DNA from: Rhodothermales bacterium
Lineage (GTDB): Bacteria; Bacteroidota; Rhodothermia; Rhodothermales; VXPQ01
Assembly (NCBI GenBank): GCA_965116435.1
Contig: OZ220686.1
Location: forward strand, 2,159,184 to 2,223,183
Direction: 5' to 3'
DNA length: 64,000 bases
Below the pieces are notes generated by a model, which worked only from the letters and a program-made list of their open reading frames with translations, was not told the DNA's origin and searched no databases. A program made the translations under genes and the position numbers. Shown here piece by piece: positions 59,064-64,000 of the stretch. Each line of letters begins with the position of its first letter. The stretch's first letter is position 1.

Positions 59064-59993
59064 ATGACCGGATCGTTTTGGCTGCCCGATGGCGCGTCGA
59101 CCCTGTCGCCCGACATCGACAGCTTGTTCTACTTCGTAACGTGGGCAAGCATTATTCTCTTTGTGGGAGTAGTGGCGGCTATCGTATACCTGGCGTATCG
59201 CTATCGGCGGCGGGCCGGCGTGGTTGCGGTGCGCGTGAAGCCGAGCAAGATGGTGGAGATATCGTGGGTGGTCTTGCCCACCATTCTTGTGCTGATCGTG
59301 TTCAACTGGGGGTTCCGGTTGTTTATCGAGCAGAGCGTGGCGCCTCCGAACGCCTACGAGATTTACGTGCGCGGCGCCATGTGGAAATGGGATTTCGAAT
59401 ACCCTACCGGGACCGTCTCGACCAACGAGTTGCATGTCCCCGTAGACCGTCCCGTACGCCTGGTAATGAGCAGCGAGGATGTGTTGCACAGTTTTTTCGT
59501 GCCGGCGTTTCGCGTCAAGCAAGATGTGTTGCCGGATCGCTATTCGTCCGTCTGGTTCGAGGCCACGCGGGTGGATACGTTTCAGATATACTGTACGGAA
59601 TATTGCGGCGCGGGGCATGCCGTGATGCTGGCGTCGGCGATCACCCATTCGCAGGGGGATTTCGAGGCATGGCTGGCCTCGGCGGGCGTGGACGAGGACA
59701 CCCCGCTACCCGAACTGGGCGCGCAGTTGTATCAGCAACAGGTTTGTGCTGCATGCCATAGCGTGGACGGGACGCCGGGCATCGGCCCCACGTTCACAGG
59801 ATTGTACGGCAAGACCGAAACGCTCGACGACGGGTCCACGGTAGTGGTGGACGACGACTACCTGCGCGAATCCATCGTCGATCCCGGCGCCCAGGTCGTG
59901 CAAGGGTATCCAAACATCATGCAGCCCTTGTATACGGGGCTCAGCGACCGGGAATTGTCGGCGCTGATCGCGTTTATCCGGGACCAGGAATAA
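59064..59993 (+). CDS. ctaC: Cytochrome c oxidase subunit II with a fused C-terminal cytochrome c domain (caa3 type)
   Basis: Two N-terminal TM segments. CuA site CTEYCGAGHAVM. Haem c motif CAACHS. Confidence 0.9.
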   Translation: MTGSFWLPDGASTLSPDIDSLFYFVTWASIILFVGVVAAIVYLAYRYRRRAGVVAVRVKPSKMVEISWVVLPTILVLIVFNWGFRLFIEQSVAPPNAYEIYVRGAMWKWDFEYPTGTVSTNELHVPVDRPVRLVMSSEDVLHSFFVPAFRVKQDVLPDRYSSVWFEATRVDTFQIYCTEYCGAGHAVMLASAITHSQGDFEAWLASAGVDEDTPLPELGAQLYQQQVCAACHSVDGTPGIGPTFTGLYGKTETLDDGSTVVVDDDYLRESIVDPGAQVVQGYPNIMQPLYTGLSDRELSALIAFIRDQE

Positions 59994-60037
59994 CGGCGCG
60001 CGCCAGCGCGCACATCGAAGACGCATAGACGGAATCC

Positions 60038-61756
60038 ATGACGGAAGACATCGACAGGAGCGAAGCGGCGCAAGCCCGGGACGCCGACGAGCACGGCGGG
60101 CACGGCGACTACATTACCCATGCGAAAAGCATCGGATCGTGGCTGCTTTCCGTGGACCACAAGCGGATCGGCATTCTGTATGCCGTGACGGTGGGGGTCG
60201 CCTTTCTGCTGGGGGGCGTTTTTGCGTTGCTGGTGCGCACCGAACTGCTTGCGCCCGGCGAGGATTTTCTGTCTGCCCAAGCCTACAACCAGTTGTTTTC
60301 GCTCCATGGCATCGTCATGGTGTTCGGGTTCATTATTCCCGCCATCCCCGGTTTTCTGGGGAATTTTCTGCTGCCCCTGCATCTCGGCGCCAAAGACGTT
60401 GCGTTTCCCCGGCTCAATCTGGCCAGCTACTATCTGTATCTGTTGGGCGTCGTACTCATCCTCGTAGCGATGGTGGCGGGCAGCGTGGATACGGGGTGGA
60501 CCTTCTATACGCCCTACTCCGCCCGCACGGGCCCCTCGGTGCTGTTTTTGACCATGGCGGTTTTTATTGCAGGGTTCGCCTCTATTTTTACGGGGATAAA
60601 TTTCATTGTTACGGTGCACAAGATGCGCGCGCCGGGGATGACGTGGAACCGCCTTCCGCTGTTTGTCTGGAGCATCTATTCGACAAGCATCGTGCAGGTG
60701 TTGGCCACGCCGGTGCTGGGCATTACCGTATTGCTGCTTTTCCTGGAGCGCCTCCTGCATATTGGCATTTTCGATCCCGCTCTTGGCGGCGATCCGATCC
60801 TGTTTCAGCATTTTTTCTGGTTCTACTCGCATCCGGCGGTGTACATCATGATTTTGCCGGGTTTCGGGATCGTTTCCGAGTTGATTGCGACGTTTTCGAG
60901 GCAGCGCATCTACGGCTACATGGCCATTGCGTTGTCCTCCGTGGCCATTGCGTTGCTGGGCTTCCTGGTATGGGGGCATCATATGTTCGTGGCTGGGCAG
61001 TCCGTCATCTCCTCGGTTATTTTCTCACTGATCACCTACCTGATCGGGATTCCGTCGGGGATCAAGGTGTTCAACTGGATCGCCACCATGTACAAGGGGT
61101 CCATTTCGTTCAAAACCCCGATGCTGTATGCGCTTTCGTTCCTGGTGTTGTTTACGATCGGGGGCGTAACAGGCATTATGGTGGGCGTGCTGGCCGTGGA
61201 CGTGCACCTGCACGATACCTACTACGTCGTAGGGCACTTTCATTATGTGATGGTGGGCGGGACGGTCATCGCGTTGCTCGGCGGATTGCATTACTGGTGG
61301 CCGAAAATCACGGGGCGCTTGTATAACGAGACATCCGCGCGCCTTGCTGTTGTCTTGATTTTTATTGGGCTGAATCTGACCTTTTTCACGCAGCTCGTGA
61401 TGGGTTCGCGCGGCATGCCCCGGCGCTACAACGATTATCTCCCCGAGTTTACCTTCCTGCACCAACTTTCGACGATAGGTTCGTGGATCATGGGGGCGGG
61501 TCTGTTGCTCGTGGCGTTCTATTTGCTGGCGTCTCTTTTCCGGGGCACGAAGGCCAGCGCGAATCCATGGGGCGGGGCTACGCTGGAGTGGACCCATACG
61601 GGGGTTCGTCCGGATCCCCATAATTTCCACCGGACGCCGTTCGTCACGCGGGGGCCCTATGAATTTGACCGGATTCCCGAACTTGTTGCGGCGCCTCGGG
61701 ACGAGACCGCGCCCGACGCCCAGCCGGACGTCTCTCTGAACCAGGACCGGACGTAA
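60038..61756 (+). CDS. ctaD: Cytochrome c oxidase subunit I
   Basis: [24 protein letters not shown] and HFHYVM motifs. 12 TM pattern. Confidence 0.95.
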   Translation: MTEDIDRSEAAQARDADEHGGHGDYITHAKSIGSWLLSVDHKRIGILYAVTVGVAFLLGGVFALLVRTELLAPGEDFLSAQAYNQLFSLHGIVMVFGFIIPAIPGFLGNFLLPLHLGAKDVAFPRLNLASYYLYLLGVVLILVAMVAGSVDTGWTFYTPYSARTGPSVLFLTMAVFIAGFASIFTGINFIVTVHKMRAPGMTWNRLPLFVWSIYSTSIVQVLATPVLGITVLLLFLERLLHIGIFDPALGGDPILFQHFFWFYSHPAVYIMILPGFGIVSELIATFSRQRIYGYMAIALSSVAIALLGFLVWGHHMFVAGQSVISSVIFSLITYLIGIPSGIKVFNWIATMYKGSISFKTPMLYALSFLVLFTIGGVTGIMVGVLAVDVHLHDTYYVVGHFHYVMVGGTVIALLGGLHYWWPKITGRLYNETSARLAVVLIFIGLNLTFFTQLVMGSRGMPRRYNDYLPEFTFLHQLSTIGSWIMGAGLLLVAFYLLASLFRGTKASANPWGGATLEWTHTGVRPDPHNFHRTPFVTRGPYEFDRIPELVAAPRDETAPDAQPDVSLNQDRT

Positions 61757-61761
61757 GCATC

Positions 61762-62430
61762 ATGGCCAATACGAGCGCGGCAGAACAGGCCGCACCAGAG
61801 CGCGCTGCGGCGCATCTGAAGCATTACTTCGTTTCGTCCGATCAGCAATTCGATGCGGCGAAGATGGGGATGTGGCTTTTCCTCATCACGGAAATCCTGC
61901 TTTTCAGCGGGATGTTCGTGGCCTACGCCGTGTATCGCGTCTGGTATCCAGAGGTGTTTGCCCTGGCGTCTACCGAACTGAACCCCTGGATGGGCGGCCT
62001 GAATACGGTGGTGCTGCTGGCCTCCTCGCTCACGGTGGCCCTGGCGATACATGCGGCGCAGACCAACAAGCAACGGGCGCTGGTGATCAACCTGTTCCTT
62101 ACGGTGCTGCTGGCCGCTGTTTTCATGGTGGTGAAGTACTTCGAGTACACGCACAAATTCCATCTGGGCATTTTCCCCGGCGAACAGTTTGCCTACGAGG
62201 AGATGGGTCAGCGGATCGTTCCCATCTTTTTCAGCATTTATTATGTAATGACGGGCATTCACGGGGTGCATGTGCTGGTCGGCATGGGCGTGCTCACCTG
62301 GCTGGGCGTCCGCGCGATGCGCGGGCATTTCCATAGCGGGTACTATACCCCGGTGGAGTTGACCGGTTTGTACTGGCACCTCGTGGACATCATCTGGATA
62401 TTTCTTTTCCCATTGCTTTATCTCATTTAG
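61762..62430 (+). CDS. ctaE: Cytochrome c oxidase subunit III
   Basis: MGMWLFLITEILLF, TGIHGVHVLVG and YWHLVDIIW motifs. Confidence 0.9.
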   Translation: MANTSAAEQAAPERAAAHLKHYFVSSDQQFDAAKMGMWLFLITEILLFSGMFVAYAVYRVWYPEVFALASTELNPWMGGLNTVVLLASSLTVALAIHAAQTNKQRALVINLFLTVLLAAVFMVVKYFEYTHKFHLGIFPGEQFAYEEMGQRIVPIFFSIYYVMTGIHGVHVLVGMGVLTWLGVRAMRGHFHSGYYTPVELTGLYWHLVDIIWIFLFPLLYLI

Positions 62431-62462
62431 CGGCGAACCGGAAGCCGGAGCGTCTTGCGAGC

Positions 62463-62801
62463 ATGAAAGGGCACCATATTACTCCGCGAAAAACATTGCT
62501 GCAGGTCTTCGTCGCGCTGGTGGCGTTGACCGCGCTGACGGCGCTGACGGCGCAAATCGATATCGGCGTGTTCAACATCCCGCTGGCCCTTGCGATTGCC
62601 GGGACCAAGGCGTTGCTCGTCGTGCTGTTTTTCATGGCGCTCAAGTACGACAAGTCGGTCAATGCGCTGTTCTTTACGCTGGGGGTTCTTTTTGTGGTGG
62701 TTTTTCTTACGTTTACCTTGTTCGATACGGCCTTTCGGGGGGATCTCGGCAATGTGGGGAAAGAAACGATCCACAGCATGGAGGAAGGGCTGGACGAGTG
62801 A
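62463..62801 (+). CDS. ctaF: Cytochrome c oxidase subunit IV (prokaryotic small subunit)
   Basis: 112 aa with 3 TM segments. Its position after ctaE is typical of the caa3 subunit IV family. Confidence 0.6.
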   Translation: MKGHHITPRKTLLQVFVALVALTALTALTAQIDIGVFNIPLALAIAGTKALLVVLFFMALKYDKSVNALFFTLGVLFVVVFLTFTLFDTAFRGDLGNVGKETIHSMEEGLDE

Positions 62802-62881
62802 GATCGCTTCCGTAAAATAAAGGAAGCGCTGATCTTCACGGACTTAGTCAGAGCATCCTAAAGCCAATACGGCGGCCCGAA

Positions 62882-64000
62882 ATGCTTTCCGAGAAAACGG
62901 TTCCGGCGCTGGCGTCGGGTTTCACTTCGGGCCTCGGCCTTCTTGTCGCCCAGGTTGCTTTCGGGAGTTTCATATTTTCCGGAGCGCTGGCCCCGTATTC
63001 TACCCAGGGCGTTGGCCTGGTGCTGTTCGGAAATTTCGCCGCGTGCCTCGTCATTGCGCTCGCCGGCGGCTTTCGCGGGGCGATTGCGGGACTGTCTCCC
63101 GCGCTGGTGGTTGCGATGGCCCTGGTCGGTTCCACGATGGACGCCGAAGGCGATGCGCTGTTTGTAACCACGGCGAGCGTCCTCATGCTCGGCGCGGTGG
63201 CTACGGGCGTATGTTGCCTCCTGATCGGACGATTCCGGCTCGCCAACCTGGTGCGCTTCATCCCCTGGCCAGTGGCGGCCGGTTTCGTGGCGGGCATCGG
63301 CGGCGTGGTGTGCCTGTCGGCCATGTCGCTGATGGATGCGGAGGTGCACTGGCGGACGATTCCTGCGCTTGCGGAGCCCGCCATGCTGTGGCGATGGGGT
63401 CCCGGCGCGGCGTTCGGGATCGCCTTGTACCTTGCCATAAAACGCTGGGGCAATCCGCTCATTCTGCCGGTGGGCGTTGCGCTCTTCGTCAGCGCCTACC
63501 ATGTGGTCCTCGGCGCGCTCGGTATTTCCGGCGTCGAAGCGCGAGAGGCGGATCTGCTCCTGAAGAGCACCTTTGACGGCGCCCTTTGGCCCGCGCTGAA
63601 GCCCGCCGATTTCCTGCATGTGGATTTCGGCGCCATGGCCATGCAGATTCCGACCCTGCTGATGTTGATGCTGATCGCGCTTATCGTCGTGATCATGAAT
63701 ATTGCGGGCCTGGAAATGGCGGCGAACGAGGACCTGGACTGGAACCGCGAGTTTCGGGCCAGCGGGCTGGCAAGCGTCGTGGCGGGGCTGGGCGGCGGAA
63801 CCATCGCGAGCCTGGTTGTGCCCGCCTCGCTACGCAGCAGATTGTTCGGCGCTTCCACCCGCTTGACCGGCGTCGTGGCTGCGAGCGTCATTGGTTTCGC
63901 GTTGGTTCTGGGCGATGGCATGCTGGAGCTGGTTCCGGTTCCGCTTGTGGGCGGCATCCTGTTCTTTGCGGGCGTCAGCATGCTGGACGAAGGGCTCCTG
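62882..64000 (+). CDS. SulP-family anion transporter, 3' partial
   Basis: My own translation from the ATG at 62882: MLSEKTVPALASGFTSGLGLLVAQVAFGS ... RLANLVRFIPWPVAAGFVAGIG. The frame stays open to the window end. It is not in the ORF track because it has no stop. Confidence 0.6.
   Translation, partial: MLSEKTVPALASGFTSGLGLLVAQVAFGSFIFSGALAPYSTQGVGLVLFGNFAACLVIALAGGFRGAIAGLSPALVVAMALVGSTMDAEGDALFVTTASVLMLGAVATGVCCLLIGRFRLANLVRFIPWPVAAGFVAGIGGVVCLSAMSLMDAEVHWRTIPALAEPAMLWRWGPGAAFGIALYLAIKRWGNPLILPVGVALFVSAYHVVLGALGISGVEAREADLLLKSTFDGALWPALKPADFLHVDFGAMAMQIPTLLMLMLIALIVVIMNIAGLEMAANEDLDWNREFRASGLASVVAGLGGGTIASLVVPASLRSRLFGASTRLTGVVAASVIGFALVLGDGMLELVPVPLVGGILFFAGVSMLDEGLL

Overview
64 kb chromosomal window from a high-GC aerobic bacterium. 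Gene content and order point to a Rhodothermota/Bacteroidota-like lineage: a complete Alternative Complex III operon (actA-F) sits directly upstream of SCO1 and a caa3-type cytochrome oxidase operon, an arrangement known from Rhodothermus marinus. Most of the window is housekeeping: an Omp85/BamA-like protein, rlmD, an actinobacterial-type fused E1/E2 2-oxoglutarate dehydrogenase, rpsU, rdgB, dtd, moaC, floA, a pspA-containing operon, rpmE, uvrB, an M16 peptidase, an ABC-F ATPase, nadC, accA and polysaccharide transferases. Several patches look AT-rich by eye (GC not computed) and appear accessory. (1) 10.45-16.2 kb, between dtd and moaC: a tandemly duplicated pair of secreted paralogs, a tag glycosylase with an E. 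coli-like sigma70 promoter, a degraded internal moaC fragment, and an orphan membrane module (polytopic protein ATGA-coupled to a membrane-anchored vWA-like protein) interrupted at a C10 tract. (2) 28.1-32.8 kb: an ABC ATPase with three paralogous polytopic membrane genes, one frame-broken at a T8 tract. (3) ~32.9-33.8 kb: a very AT-rich single-gene insert. (4) 36-42.8 kb: an orphan lipoprotein, an Asn-synthetase-like PP-loop enzyme lacking the glutaminase Cys and preceded by an ATGA-coupled 40-codon ORF, and a 1087-aa DinG/XPD-like Fe-S helicase with a degenerate exonuclease-like N-terminus. Two non-coding tandem arrays stand out: 12 x 10 bp at 18641-18760 and ~12 x 18 bp at 16703-16920. No rRNA, tRNA, CRISPR array, integrase or transposase was recognised. 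All family calls come from motif recognition by eye and need database confirmation.
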